Below are positions 9,246-22,252 of a DNA stretch of 64,000 nucleotides, piece by piece. The notes below the pieces were generated by a model. It ran no database searches and was not told where the DNA came from. It was given only the letters and a program-made list of their open reading frames with translations. Every line of letters starts with the position of its first letter. Position 1 is the first letter of the stretch. The translations under genes were made by a program, and so were the position numbers. Source of the stretch: Minisyncoccota bacterium (GTDB lineage: Bacteria > Patescibacteriota > Minisyncoccia > Phycocordibacterales > UBA9973); contig JBAZXM010000003.1 of the NCBI GenBank assembly GCA_041659845.1, positions 4,641 to 68,640 on the forward strand. The letters run 5' to 3'.

Positions 9246-10136
9246 TTAACCTCTCAGTGCTTTGATTCTCTCCTCTACCGGCGGGTGGGTCATAAAAAGT
9301 TTGTGCATTCCACGAAGTGCTTTGCTACCAAACGGATTAGCGATAAAAAGGTGTGCTGTTGCATTTGATGCGCGTTGCATCGGCTGGCTCTGGGTGGATA
9401 TTTTCTCAAGCGCGGAGGCAAGGCCTTCGGGATAGCGAGTCAAGAGTGCGCCGGATGCATCTGCAAGAAATTCGCGCTTGCGAGAAATCGCAAGCTGGAT
9501 GAGTGTGGCGATAATTGGCGATAGAATGGCAAGCGCAATACCGACAAGCATCATAATACTCCCCGCCTTGTTGTCATTATCACGATGCCCACCACCAAAA
9601 AACTGCGCGCGGATAAACATATCTGAAAGAATTGCGATAAAGCCGACAAGTACAACGACGACAGTTGAAAGAAGCATATCGCGATTGCCGATATGCCCGA
9701 GCTCGTGCGCGATAACGCCTTCAAGCTCTGTCTTATTAAGACTTGCGAGTAAGCCGGTCGTCACAGCCACCACCGCATGTTCCTTGTCTCTGCCTGTCGC
9801 GAAAGCGTTCATGGCCTGATCATTAATGACGTAGACTTTTGGCTTTGGTAAACCAGCAGTAATCGCCAAATTCTCGACGATATTGTGAAGATCACTGAAT
9901 TGTCCACCATCAGGCGCTTCATGCGCTCCTGTCATAGAAAGTACGATTTTATGTGAGAACCAATAGCCGAGAATGTTCATAAAAAGAGCGAAAATAATTG
10001 CGATATAAAGAATTGCCGGATTGCCGTAGGCACGACTAAAAACAAATGCCGTAGCTATGACAATGATAAAAAACACGCTCATGAGAAGCCATGTTTTTCG
10101 AATATTTGAATCTTGATGTGTATACAACGTTGCCAT
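9246..10136 (-). CDS. htpX: zinc metalloprotease HtpX
   Basis: HELGH motif, 4 TM helices and typical length. Confidence 0.9.
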   Translation of the reverse strand: MATLYTHQDSNIRKTWLLMSVFFIIVIATAFVFSRAYGNPAILYIAIIFALFMNILGYWFSHKIVLSMTGAHEAPDGGQFSDLHNIVENLAITAGLPKPKVYVINDQAMNAFATGRDKEHAVVAVTTGLLASLNKTELEGVIAHELGHIGNRDMLLSTVVVVLVGFIAILSDMFIRAQFFGGGHRDNDNKAGSIMMLVGIALAILSPIIATLIQLAISRKREFLADASGALLTRYPEGLASALEKISTQSQPMQRASNATAHLFIANPFGSKALRGMHKLFMTHPPVEERIKALRG

Positions 10137-10137
10137 A

Positions 10138-10647
10138 CTATTCGATTATGATCGGGATCAAAATCTTTTTGTCATTTTCGCGAAGATCGGAAGGATTGTC
10201 ATTGTGAATTTCGAGATATGCGGGACCTTTTGGCAGACCAGAGAAATCAATATTGCCTTCAAAATCAACCGGACCGGAAGTCATCCAGTCGGTCGTCGCC
10301 ATTGCATTACTCTGGCGAATGATTTTCTGATTCATATCAGCCACACCGATCAATATATTCGCCTCAAAGAAATATGCTCCTTTGATAGTTCCCCTATACG
10401 ACACAACTCCATGCACTTTTGACCACGGCCAAATTGAAAATGAAATCAGATCATCTTTATTGCCCAATATCCCCTCTCTCGGCATTGTTGTCGAAGTTAC
10501 TGGCTCATTTGTAGCTGTAGGTTGTGAAAACCAAGGAATATATGTTTCTTTATTCTGAAGCATAACCCTGATTGCAATAATCATCAAAATAATAAGAACT
10601 AATAAAAGCGCTGTATTTAATTTTGATCCAAAATATTTATTTTGCAT
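10138..10647 (-). CDS. hypothetical secreted/lipoprotein-like protein (track ORF 10138..10710; start trimmed to MQNKYF)
   Basis: N-terminal TM followed by a soluble domain. Confidence 0.5.
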   Translation of the reverse strand: MQNKYFGSKLNTALLLVLIILMIIAIRVMLQNKETYIPWFSQPTATNEPVTSTTMPREGILGNKDDLISFSIWPWSKVHGVVSYRGTIKGAYFFEANILIGVADMNQKIIRQSNAMATTDWMTSGPVDFEGNIDFSGLPKGPAYLEIHNDNPSDLRENDKKILIPIIIE

Positions 10648-10672
10648 AGAATTTTTGTAATAAAAATAATAT

Positions 10673-10945
10673 TTAAATGAGAGGCTTTTCAATATCTCTG
10701 AAAATTTCATCTTGCGTATCTAAATCAATACCAATTTCTCGCAAAACAGATTCAGAATCTTTACGATTATTGATTTCGGTCAATAATTTTTGAAATTTTA
10801 AATACATTTCTTTATAGTCAGATTTTTCTTCTGGTGTTTCTATTACTGGTCCCGCCACCGTTAAATATCTGAGAAGGTTCTCCGCCTCGTGAGCAATTTC
10901 TTCACGATCTATTTCCTTTTTTTGTTCTGGTATTGCTTCTCTCAT
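10673..10945 (-). CDS. small acidic hypothetical protein
   Basis: 90-aa ORF. Confidence 0.4.
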   Translation of the reverse strand: MREAIPEQKKEIDREEIAHEAENLLRYLTVAGPVIETPEEKSDYKEMYLKFQKLLTEINNRKDSESVLREIGIDLDTQDEIFRDIEKPLI

Positions 10946-10955
10946 ATTTTTAAAT

Positions 10956-11513
10956 TTAAAACTTCACTTCCACTGGGTTCTTCTCTGAGCTATTTTCATC
11001 AAGCTGGAAGAATTCCATTTTTCCAAATTTGAATATGGAAGCGATGATGTTGCCTGGGAAAGATTCGAGGCCGATGTTTAGATCACGGACATTGGTATTG
11101 TAGAATCGGCGAGCGGCTTGGATTTTGTTTTCAGTATCTGAGAGTTCGCGCTGGAGTTCGAGGAAATTGGTATTCGCTTTCAATTCCGGATATGCCTCGG
11201 CGATTCCAAACAATCCTGTAATAGCGCTGCCGAGCATAGCTTCAGACTTTGAGTGTTCACCCATTGTCTTAGCGCCCATTGCGGCTGCGCGAGCTTGGGT
11301 AACTTTTTCAAATGCAGTTGATTCGTGCGTAGCGTAGCCCTTCACAGTATTTACAAGGTTCGGAATGAGGTCATAGCGGCGCTTGAGCTGAACGTCGATA
11401 TCCGCCCAGGCTTCCTTGGTGCGGTTGATAAGGCGGACAAAACCATTGTAGGCGCTAACGAGGTAGATAATGATAATTGCGCCGATTATAAGAAGGATAT
11501 TTTGTGTAGACAT
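10956..11513 (-). CDS. lemA: LemA family protein
   Basis: N-terminal TM and conserved LemA core (DIDVQLKRRYDLIPNLV ... AARRFYN). Confidence 0.85.
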   Translation of the reverse strand: MSTQNILLIIGAIIIIYLVSAYNGFVRLINRTKEAWADIDVQLKRRYDLIPNLVNTVKGYATHESTAFEKVTQARAAAMGAKTMGEHSKSEAMLGSAITGLFGIAEAYPELKANTNFLELQRELSDTENKIQAARRFYNTNVRDLNIGLESFPGNIIASIFKFGKMEFFQLDENSSEKNPVEVKF

Positions 11514-11583
11514 GATTTATTGATTAAAAATTAAGAAATAAAAATACAACGTAAGTATAGCAAAATTAAGCATTAAAACAACT

Positions 11584-11614
11584 AAAAAACCGCTCACTTA
11601 TGAGCGGTTTTTTA
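11584..11614. terminator. bidirectional rho-independent terminator (CCGCTCA..TGAGCGG flanked by A/T runs)
   Basis: Directly downstream of secF. Confidence 0.7.
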
Positions 11615-11626
11615 TGGATATATTTT

Positions 11627-12529
11627 CTATTTGCGAGCTTTTTTAGTCTGCATTTCCTCCGTGAGTACTAAGAGTGGAGATGCAAGGAAAATTGAGGAGT
11701 AAGTTCCGAAGAACATACCGGCAGTGAGCATCAAAGCGAAATACTTAGTAGAAGTCGGACCGAAGAAATATAGTGCCAAGAGGACGAAAATAACAGTGAG
11801 AGAAGTGTTGATTGACCTAGTGATGGTCTGAGTGATACTTTTACCCACTATCTCGCTGAAATTACCACCTGTGTAACCTCTCAAATTTTCTCTGACTCGA
11901 TCAAAAACGACAATCTTGTCATTGATTGATATTCCCAAAATAGTGAGTAGGGCTACAACGAAAAGAGTATCTACTTCAGCGCCTAAATAATGAGAAAATA
12001 TCGCAAATATTCCGACCGGTATAATTGCATCGTAAAGGAGCGTAATAATCGTAATGATTCCGTATCTCCATGAAGAAACTGGCTTAGAAACTTTTCGGAA
12101 GGCATAAGCGATAAACAAAATAATAGCGATTGAGACAAAAATTATAGAGAAGAGAGATTTCATCGCAAGCTCCTTACCGACTGATGGGCCGATGGATGTA
12201 AAACTTTTTTGCTCCGCCTTGTATTTACCGTCAAAAGAAAATGAATCAAACAAGGTCAATCTTTCCACCTCGGTTAGGTCTTTAGTTTTAACCAAGTATC
12301 CATTATCCCCTGTCGGCTGAATAAGAACGCTTCCCAAATCAAGTCCGTTGAGTTTTTCCTGAAGAACATTGATTTCAGGCTGGCCATCTGTGTAAACTAC
12401 TTCCGTTAAAGCTCCGCCCTTAAAATCAATTCCGAATTTAAGACCGAAAACAGATAAGAGCGCTATTGCGATGACAGCAAAAGAAATTGAAATCCAGATA
12501 AATATTTTTTTGTTTTTGATTATAAACAT
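11627..12529 (-). CDS. secF: protein translocase subunit SecF
   Basis: 300 aa, 6 TM, SecF family; follows secD. Confidence 0.9.
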   Translation of the reverse strand: MFIIKNKKIFIWISISFAVIAIALLSVFGLKFGIDFKGGALTEVVYTDGQPEINVLQEKLNGLDLGSVLIQPTGDNGYLVKTKDLTEVERLTLFDSFSFDGKYKAEQKSFTSIGPSVGKELAMKSLFSIIFVSIAIILFIAYAFRKVSKPVSSWRYGIITIITLLYDAIIPVGIFAIFSHYLGAEVDTLFVVALLTILGISINDKIVVFDRVRENLRGYTGGNFSEIVGKSITQTITRSINTSLTVIFVLLALYFFGPTSTKYFALMLTAGMFFGTYSSIFLASPLLVLTEEMQTKKARK

Positions 12530-12530
12530 A

Positions 12531-13946
12531 TTATTTGCTTAAGCCTGAACTGAATAAAAATTTCATAAACTTACTTTCGTTTTTAAACTTAAACGAATAA
12601 AGAAATATTCTTGAAACAGTAATCGCAGAAAACATTGAGACTAAAACACCCAAGATGAATACGAGAGCGAACCCTTTAATGAGAGGAGTCCCTAGCCAGA
12701 AAAGAATTACTCCTGTAATTATGTGAGCGATGTTGGAATCTCTGATAGCAAACCATGCTCGGGAAAAGCCGTTCTTTGTCGCCTCAGTAATATTGCGACC
12801 AGCTCTGACCTCTTCTTTCAAACGCTCAAAAATAAGGATATTGGCATCTACTGCAAGACCGATAGAGATTATGAAGCCTGCGATACTTGCAGCTGTCAGT
12901 GTGACTGGAATCAATTTGAATATTGCTAGCATGAGCGAAACATAGATAGCAAGTGCAATAACAGCAATAATACCCGGCAAACGATACCAAAGAATGAGGA
13001 ATATTGCGATTACTAAAAGGCCGATGAGTGCGGCATGAGCGCCAGCCTTAACAGCTTGTTCACCAAGTGATGCACCGATAGTCTGTGTAGATACTAAAGA
13101 AATAGGCACAGGTAATGCTCCGGAATTCAGACGGCCAACCAAAAGCTTAGCTTCTTTAGCTGTGAAGCTTCCTGAGATAACGGCTTTACCTCCTGTGATT
13201 TCTTCATTAACAACAGGGGTTGAAATAGTGGAACCATCGAGGAATATAGCGACCATCTTGCCAACATTTTCTTTGGTAATTTTTGCAAAGAGATCTGAAC
13301 CCTCTTTATTGAATTGAAGTGCAACACGCGGTTCACCAGTGTTCTGATCAAATTCAAGTGTAGCTTTTTCGAGATAGCGACCGGTTAGATCTGTTGCAAT
13401 AAATTGATCATTAAGAGATGAAGGATCGATAATAGCATTGCCATCTTTATCCACTGTCATATTTTGCGGAGTTGGATTCGGATTTTCAATCCTAAATTCA
13501 AGCAATGGAGTCTGTCCTATCATTTCAACCGCCTTTGACACATCAGTTACTCCAGGCAAATCAACAATGAGCTTTTGATCCCCTTTCGCTGCACCAATAC
13601 CACCTTCTTGAATCTGAACTACTGGTTCGGAAACTCCAAAAAGATTCACTCTGCGCTCAATCACATCCCTAAGAGCATTCATAGAATCAGAGACTTCACC
13701 TGACTTCACTACCGAGACATCTGCCTGGTAAACAAGGTGAGTTCCACCAGATAGATCTAGTCCTAGTCTAAAAGGAAAATTAGATAAAAAGCCTGATTTC
13801 ACTCCTGTATCTGGATTAAAACGCGCTAATTCGGATTTGTAAACAAAAAAGCCGACGCCGAATCCAACCAATAAAATAAGGACTGCAGTAATTCTTGTTT
13901 TCCACATAATACCTGCCATTCTATAGGAAAAAACTTTTCTGGGCAA
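12531..13946 (-). CDS. secD: protein translocase subunit SecD
   Basis: 471 aa with periplasmic domain and C-terminal TM bundle. Confidence 0.9.
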   Translation of the reverse strand: MPRKVFSYRMAGIMWKTRITAVLILLVGFGVGFFVYKSELARFNPDTGVKSGFLSNFPFRLGLDLSGGTHLVYQADVSVVKSGEVSDSMNALRDVIERRVNLFGVSEPVVQIQEGGIGAAKGDQKLIVDLPGVTDVSKAVEMIGQTPLLEFRIENPNPTPQNMTVDKDGNAIIDPSSLNDQFIATDLTGRYLEKATLEFDQNTGEPRVALQFNKEGSDLFAKITKENVGKMVAIFLDGSTISTPVVNEEITGGKAVISGSFTAKEAKLLVGRLNSGALPVPISLVSTQTIGASLGEQAVKAGAHAALIGLLVIAIFLILWYRLPGIIAVIALAIYVSLMLAIFKLIPVTLTAASIAGFIISIGLAVDANILIFERLKEEVRAGRNITEATKNGFSRAWFAIRDSNIAHIITGVILFWLGTPLIKGFALVFILGVLVSMFSAITVSRIFLYSFKFKNESKFMKFLFSSGLSK

Positions 13947-13982
13947 GTTTTTTAGAAAGTGGAATAATCAAAATTTGGCTCA

Positions 13983-14010
13983 TTGACATATTTAATATTT
14001 AGTATATAAT
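13983..14010 (+). promoter_or_regulatory. sigma70-like promoter (TTGACA-16-TATAAT)
   Basis: ttgaca at 13983-13988 and tataat at 14005-14010, about 40 nt upstream of ORF 14051. Confidence 0.5.
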
Positions 14011-14050
14011 GGTTAGAAATAAAAAATTCATCTTTAAAAACTAAAAATTC

Positions 14051-14614
14051 ATGAAAAAAGACTTAAAAGATTACTATGATTCTTACCCAAAAGGATTCTT
14101 ATCTTTGGCAGAAGAAGACGAAATTAGAAAAAATGATTTACGTCTTAAATCAAAAAGTTCTATTGAGATAGTAATCTTAGTAGAAAAATCGATAAATAAT
14201 ATTTTTGTTATTCTTCGTAACCCTTCGATTGTTTTTAAAAAAACAGAGAAGGAAAAACATGAAATTATTACTATGAACAAAAGAGCTAGAATGAAAAGGT
14301 GTGGTAAAAAAACCACAGCGAAAGTAGCTATAATTCTAATTCTGTTAAAACAAGAAGAACAATATATTAATAGCTCTCCAAAAATTCGGAGGGTTACAAA
14401 AGGTAAGTTTGGTACACTCATCAGTACGCTGATGAATGACCTTATCATTCCATCAAAAGATGGAAAGAAAGATGGGATTATAAATTTCAAGAATGGATTG
14501 TCTTCCCTTTTAGAAAAGAATTTCCCTCCAGAAAATTTTTATACAGAAAACCTTAGTGTTAATAAAAATGAATACTCTAGTTGTGAGAATTTAAATTTAG
14601 GTATTTTTGGATAA
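14051..14614 (+). CDS. Lys-rich low-complexity hypothetical protein
   Basis: Bracketed by a consensus promoter and a strong terminator. No recognisable domain. Confidence 0.35.
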   Translation: MKKDLKDYYDSYPKGFLSLAEEDEIRKNDLRLKSKSSIEIVILVEKSINNIFVILRNPSIVFKKTEKEKHEIITMNKRARMKRCGKKTTAKVAIILILLKQEEQYINSSPKIRRVTKGKFGTLISTLMNDLIIPSKDGKKDGIINFKNGLSSLLEKNFPPENFYTENLSVNKNEYSSCENLNLGIFG

Positions 14615-14626
14615 TTAATTGTTCAC

Positions 14627-14661
14627 AAAAGCAGTTCTATTGATAGACTGCTTTTTTTTAT
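14627..14661 (+). terminator. rho-independent terminator (AAGCAGT-N11-ACTGCTT + T8)
   Basis: Perfect 7-bp stem followed by a T-run. Confidence 0.7.
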
Positions 14662-14696
14662 TTATTTCGAATGAATAGACGAGTCGAATTTTATGT

Positions 14697-15248
14697 TTAT
14701 TTTAATAGTTTTTTACCGACCCAATAAGTGGCAAGTGTAATAATCGACCCCAAAATAAAACCGCCCAGAATATCCAGCGGGAAATGCACTCCTCCGATAA
14801 TTCGTGCAAGCCCTATCAAGAGAGCACTGATCGCATATATTATGCCTATCCGACGATCAATCAGCCACAACGAAACAGCGAGAGCTGAAAAAGATACAGC
14901 ATGACTTGATGGGAAACCATAGCCAGTCTCCGGAAAAAGTACGTGAACTCCGGAAAGCATATCGAATGGACGAGGTGATTGAATTATGATTTTCAAAATT
15001 TTGCTCGTCAACCATGCAAACCCAGATGCAAAAAATACAAAAAACATACCGAGAACTTTTACCCGAAACAATTGTAGTGGGTTTTTATTCTCTCCTTCAA
15101 TTTTCCTAACAAACAAAAAAATAATCGCTACGGCAATAAGCAAATTACCGAAAGTTACAGCCGTAAAAATTACAACCTGATCGAGTAAGGCAGATTGTAG
15201 GGCAAAGTTATTCAGATATCGGAACAATTCGATGTTTATCATATACAA
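14697..15248 (-). CDS. PAP2-family phosphatase (undecaprenyl-diphosphatase BcrC/PgpB-like)
   Basis: KX6RP-like (SPRPFD), PSGH (FPSSHA) and SRX5HX3D (ARIIGGVHFPLD) motifs. Confidence 0.8.
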   Translation of the reverse strand: MYMINIELFRYLNNFALQSALLDQVVIFTAVTFGNLLIAVAIIFLFVRKIEGENKNPLQLFRVKVLGMFFVFFASGFAWLTSKILKIIIQSPRPFDMLSGVHVLFPETGYGFPSSHAVSFSALAVSLWLIDRRIGIIYAISALLIGLARIIGGVHFPLDILGGFILGSIITLATYWVGKKLLK

Positions 15249-15251
15249 ATA

Positions 15252-16418
15252 TTATACCGCATGTTCGAGACCTAAAAACTCGTTTTTCATATCATCACGA
15301 TGAGCAGTGCGAGAATATTTACGCATACCCATTAAAATCCCGAGAGCGGTAAATTCCATAAGTATATGGGACCCTCCATAACTCATGAAAGGCAGTGTGA
15401 TACCTGTCACCGGCATAAGCCCAATATTCATGCCGATATTTATGACAATGTGTGTCATAAACAGTATTGCGATACCCATACCGTAGAGCATTTCAAAATT
15501 AGTGGCGCCGATAAGCGCAGTCGCCAAAATACGCCAGATTACCAAACCAAAAAGAATCAGGATAATAATACCTCCGATAAAACCCCACTCTTCTGAAAAT
15601 GCAGCGAAAATAAAGTCTGTTTCATATTCCGGTAAAAATTGCAGTCTGGACTGTGTACCGTACCCTACTCCTTTACCAATAAGCTGGCCGGAACCGACTG
15701 CAATCGTCGCCTGGTAGACATTGTAACCTGACTTTCTAACATCAGTGAGCGGATTTAAAAAACTCACAATACGAGCCTTTTGATACGGCTTGAAAACAAA
15801 TACCCAAAGCGAAGTAAAAACAAGCGCGCCGATCACAAATACGAGTAGCAAATGCTTTTTTGAAATTCCGGAGACCAATGTCATACCGAACCAGATGAGA
15901 AATATGACCATTGCCGACCCGAAATCCGGCTGAAGAAAAACTATGATAAAAGGAATAAATGCATAAATAAAAGAAATGAAAATATGCTTGAAGTGCGCAA
16001 TTTCGACATGTCGACGTGAAAAATATTTTGCAAGCATCAAGACCACGATGAGCTTCATCAAATCGGACGGTTGAAAAGAGAAAAATCCGAAATTAAACCA
16101 GCTCTGCGCTCCATGCAAAGTACTGCCGATTACAAACAATGCTACCAATAATAAAATAAGCGAGATAAAAAGTCCGACTAATACATCAGTCCTTCGCAAA
16201 AAGCGAAAATCGACTTGAGAACAAAATAAAAAAATACCGAATGAGAGCACCACCCAAACAAGCTGCTTTTCAAAAAATGCATCAGCCTCACCGAACGACT
16301 TCATAGTGACAAGCCCGGCAGCAATTATTGGAATAAGAAAGGCTACGAGCAGCCAATCAATATTTGAAAACATGTGGCGCCGGATATTCCCTGGCACTTG
16401 AGTGAAGGAAGAAAACAT
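15252..16418 (-). CDS. ftsW: SEDS-family peptidoglycan glycosyltransferase FtsW/RodA
   Basis: 388 aa, about 10 TM helices, conserved SEDS loop. Confidence 0.85.
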   Translation of the reverse strand: MFSSFTQVPGNIRRHMFSNIDWLLVAFLIPIIAAGLVTMKSFGEADAFFEKQLVWVVLSFGIFLFCSQVDFRFLRRTDVLVGLFISLILLLVALFVIGSTLHGAQSWFNFGFFSFQPSDLMKLIVVLMLAKYFSRRHVEIAHFKHIFISFIYAFIPFIIVFLQPDFGSAMVIFLIWFGMTLVSGISKKHLLLVFVIGALVFTSLWVFVFKPYQKARIVSFLNPLTDVRKSGYNVYQATIAVGSGQLIGKGVGYGTQSRLQFLPEYETDFIFAAFSEEWGFIGGIIILILFGLVIWRILATALIGATNFEMLYGMGIAILFMTHIVINIGMNIGLMPVTGITLPFMSYGGSHILMEFTALGILMGMRKYSRTAHRDDMKNEFLGLEHAV

Positions 16419-16425
16419 AACGTAA

Positions 16426-17205
16426 TTAAAAAGCTACAGAGAAAATATTGATTCGCGGAATCACCTCTATAGTCGAGATAGTATCCCCAAATGGTTTCGA
16501 CCATGTAAAGAACACTGGAACAGATGAGCTTTTAGCAAGCGAATCTATTACGGTTTTTGAAGCGGCAATAGCATTGCCATCAGCATTATAAAGAATCGCC
16601 ACTACTTCAACATCAAAAAGATCATAGAATGAATTATTCACGATAGTCGAAGTGAGTTTAGGGGTGGTATCAATATTAATCAGGTTGTTGTCGCGAGACA
16701 CAATCGGGAGATTTTCAATTATATGCGAATCAACCTTAATCCAATCCAGCTTGCCGATAAACTCAAAAGATGTGCGTACGGGAGTTCGATTGCCGACGGA
16801 TATCGTAGATTCGAAAATAGGAGTGCGGCCGTTCGGTGGAATAAATGCAATTCCCTTTCGACTTGTGATAATTATGCTGTTTTCATCATAGATTTTGAAT
16901 TCATACGGAATTGATTTAATTGCTGCGTTGGAATTTTGGTTTTCAATATAGGCTACTGCATTATATGTATTTGTTGATGACTGAAATGACCGCGCCCAAA
17001 GTACGATTGCGCTGTTTACTTCAAAGGGACAGAAGTTCGGACACTCTCCTCCGCAGTCTATGCCCGCCTCTGTACCATTTTGTTTAGTGTCGGTACAAGT
17101 AGGCTTAGCAATTAACTTAGGAACAGCTAAAATACCAATGATAAGCATTATAAGGCCGAGAAAAATAGAGATGAAAAAAAGTTGTCGTTTCACTGCCCAG
17201 TTCAT
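16426..17205 (-). CDS. hypothetical membrane-anchored protein with Cys-rich region
   Basis: N-terminal TM followed by CTDTKQNGTEAGIDCGGECPNFCP. Confidence 0.5.
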   Translation of the reverse strand: MNWAVKRQLFFISIFLGLIMLIIGILAVPKLIAKPTCTDTKQNGTEAGIDCGGECPNFCPFEVNSAIVLWARSFQSSTNTYNAVAYIENQNSNAAIKSIPYEFKIYDENSIIITSRKGIAFIPPNGRTPIFESTISVGNRTPVRTSFEFIGKLDWIKVDSHIIENLPIVSRDNNLINIDTTPKLTSTIVNNSFYDLFDVEVVAILYNADGNAIAASKTVIDSLAKSSSVPVFFTWSKPFGDTISTIEVIPRINIFSVAF

Positions 17206-17252
17206 AGTGATCGGTAGTTAATAATTAAGAATACCGAAAGTATAGCAAAAAA

Positions 17253-17285
17253 AAGAGCGCGCCGAAAGGCGCGCTCTTTTTTTTT
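17253..17285. terminator. bidirectional rho-independent terminator (AGAGCGCGCC-GAAA-GGCGCGCTCT)
   Basis: Perfect 10-bp GC stem flanked by A9 and T11; terminates the 23S-5S transcript. Confidence 0.8.
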
Positions 17286-17299
17286 ATTTGATTAATTGC

Positions 17300-17415
17300 T
17301 TTGTGTTGGCGATAGCCTACTTTCCCCTTTATGAGTATCATCGGCTCAACAAGGCTTAACTTCTCTGTTCGAAATGTAAAAAGGTGTTTCCCTTGCGACA
17401 AATCACCAACACGGA
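17300..17415 (-). rRNA. rrf: 5S rRNA
   Basis: Minus-strand sequence contains CGAACAGAGAAGTTAAGCC and CCGATGATACTC, with a terminal helix TGTTGGTGA/TCGCCAACA. Confidence 0.75.
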
Positions 17416-17581
17416 ACAATCAATCAATTCAACTTTTAAAAGCTAAGTAGTGAGGGTGATCTTACAAATGATCACCCCTGGGGCCTGTGGGAGATTTAAA
17501 TACTCCCATCCCTTGAGCTAAACTCAAGGTCCTAGAAAAACACAATAAAATGTGTTGAAAGAACAGGTTATCCCCCTTCGA

Positions 17582-17656
17582 GGACGCGACAGGATTCGAA
17601 CCTATGACCTCAACCCATGGGAAGGTTGCGCTCTGCCAGTGCTGAGCTACGCGTCC
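17582..17656 (-). tRNA. tRNA-like gene in 23S-5S spacer with an 8-nt anticodon loop (UUCCCAUG; Gly(CCC)-like, discriminator U)
   Basis: Minus-strand sequence is GGACGCG-TA-GCTC-AGCACTGGCA-GAGC-G-CAACC-TTCCCATG-GGTTG-AGGTC-ATAGG-TTCGAAT-CCTGT-CGCGTCC. The 7-bp acceptor and 5-bp anticodon stem are perfect and the T-loop is canonical. Confidence 0.6.
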
Positions 17657-17754
17657 GTAAAGAACAGTGTGAGAAAAATCTCACTACTTAACTTTCAAAT
17701 TTATTTGTTTGTGTATGTTTCTATGTCTCTTAAATATGTGATTTTCAAATTTCC

Positions 17755-21245
<3,491 letters not shown>

Positions 21246-21586
21246 TTCCTATTAGGAAATTTAAAAACCACATAAACGTTTCTCCCACAACCGCTTGTGC
21301 GGAGAAACATACACAAACAATATCCGCCACCTCTCTCCGAGGATGACGGACCAATTTTTCTGCCTACACTGCGGCTCAAAAGACCCAAAAATCATTTCAT
21401 TATTCCATAAATGGACTAATGAAACGATAATTTGCAATGCGACAGAATGAAGTTATCAAATATCGAGCCGTGCAGTCATTTTTTAACTAAAAATACCCCT
21501 TTCGGGGCAGAAAATAAAAAACCTTAGAGGTCTCTCAATTTCTCCGCCCGAAGAAATAATTAGTCATATTCATATCAGTAATTGCC

Positions 21587-21615
21587 ATACTATACGAAAG
21601 CGAAAACAAAGTCAA
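21587..21615 (-). promoter_or_regulatory. candidate rRNA promoter (TTGACT-17-TAGTAT) about 340 nt upstream of 23S
   Basis: RC of agtcaa at 21610-21615 and atacta at 21587-21592. Confidence 0.3.
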
Positions 21616-21669
21616 GCATGGATAGTTAGGGGCTAATTTAAGGGTATTGGGGTAGTATAAAATAATGTA

Positions 21670-21697
21670 TTGACAAATTATATAATAAGTGTATAAT
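21670..21697 (+). promoter_or_regulatory. sigma70-like promoter (TTGACA-16-TATAAT)
   Basis: ttgaca at 21670-21675 and tataat at 21692-21697, upstream of ORF 21728. Confidence 0.55.
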
Positions 21698-21727
21698 ATA
21701 GACAAACGTACTTAAAAAATAAAAATC

Positions 21728-22141
21728 ATGAAAGTTACGACCAAGGGATTTAATATTGAACGATTTAAGCCTGGTGCTGTATTGTTACGTCTTCGCCCTG
21801 CAAATTCTGGAGATCGAAGTTATATAGGCTGGCCAGCAAAATTGGTTGAAATAGGCAAGAATACTTTTACAATTATGACTAGACTGTCCATCTTACGTGG
21901 TGAGCATGTTGAGTTAGAATTAAAAAACTTTAGACACGGTTGGGTAAAAATGGAAGACGTAAGTCATCCAGGACTTGGTTTACCAGATAGTGTACTTACA
22001 GCATTAGAGAATAAAGATTACTATGCCGTAAGTTCATCATTAGGTCACCACAACCGAGTCAATGAGTTGAAAGTATTTCTTGAAAGACAGATTCCGTATA
22101 AGGAAAGAGAGAAATATAAAGTACGGAACATCAAAATCTAA
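21728..22141 (+). CDS. hypothetical protein
   Basis: 137-aa ORF between a consensus promoter and a terminator. Confidence 0.5.
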   Translation: MKVTTKGFNIERFKPGAVLLRLRPANSGDRSYIGWPAKLVEIGKNTFTIMTRLSILRGEHVELELKNFRHGWVKMEDVSHPGLGLPDSVLTALENKDYYAVSSSLGHHNRVNELKVFLERQIPYKEREKYKVRNIKI

Positions 22142-22158
22142 CTATTCAACATGACATT

Positions 22159-22190
22159 TAAGACTCACCTTTTGTGAGTCTTTTTTTTGT
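22159..22190 (+). terminator. rho-independent terminator (AGACTCAC-N5-GTGAGTCT + T9)
   Basis: Perfect 8-bp stem followed by a T-run. Confidence 0.75.
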
Positions 22191-22210
22191 TTCCGTGGCT
22201 AATTTAATCG

Positions 22211-22235
22211 ATAGCTAGGCAAGACCTAGCTAGAT
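22211..22235. repeat. hairpin repeat copy 1 (atAGCTAGGcaagaCCTAGCTagat)
   Basis: 25-nt element. Second copy at 23745..23769 matches 23/25, and the stem is maintained by a G-U-compatible change. Confidence 0.6.
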
Positions 22236-22252
22236 TATTTGCATATAGATAA

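Noticed and set aside
14083-14490. 135-aa minus-strand ORF
   Set aside because: Antisense to the promoter- and terminator-defined plus transcript. It is Ile/Phe-rich AT-frame noise.
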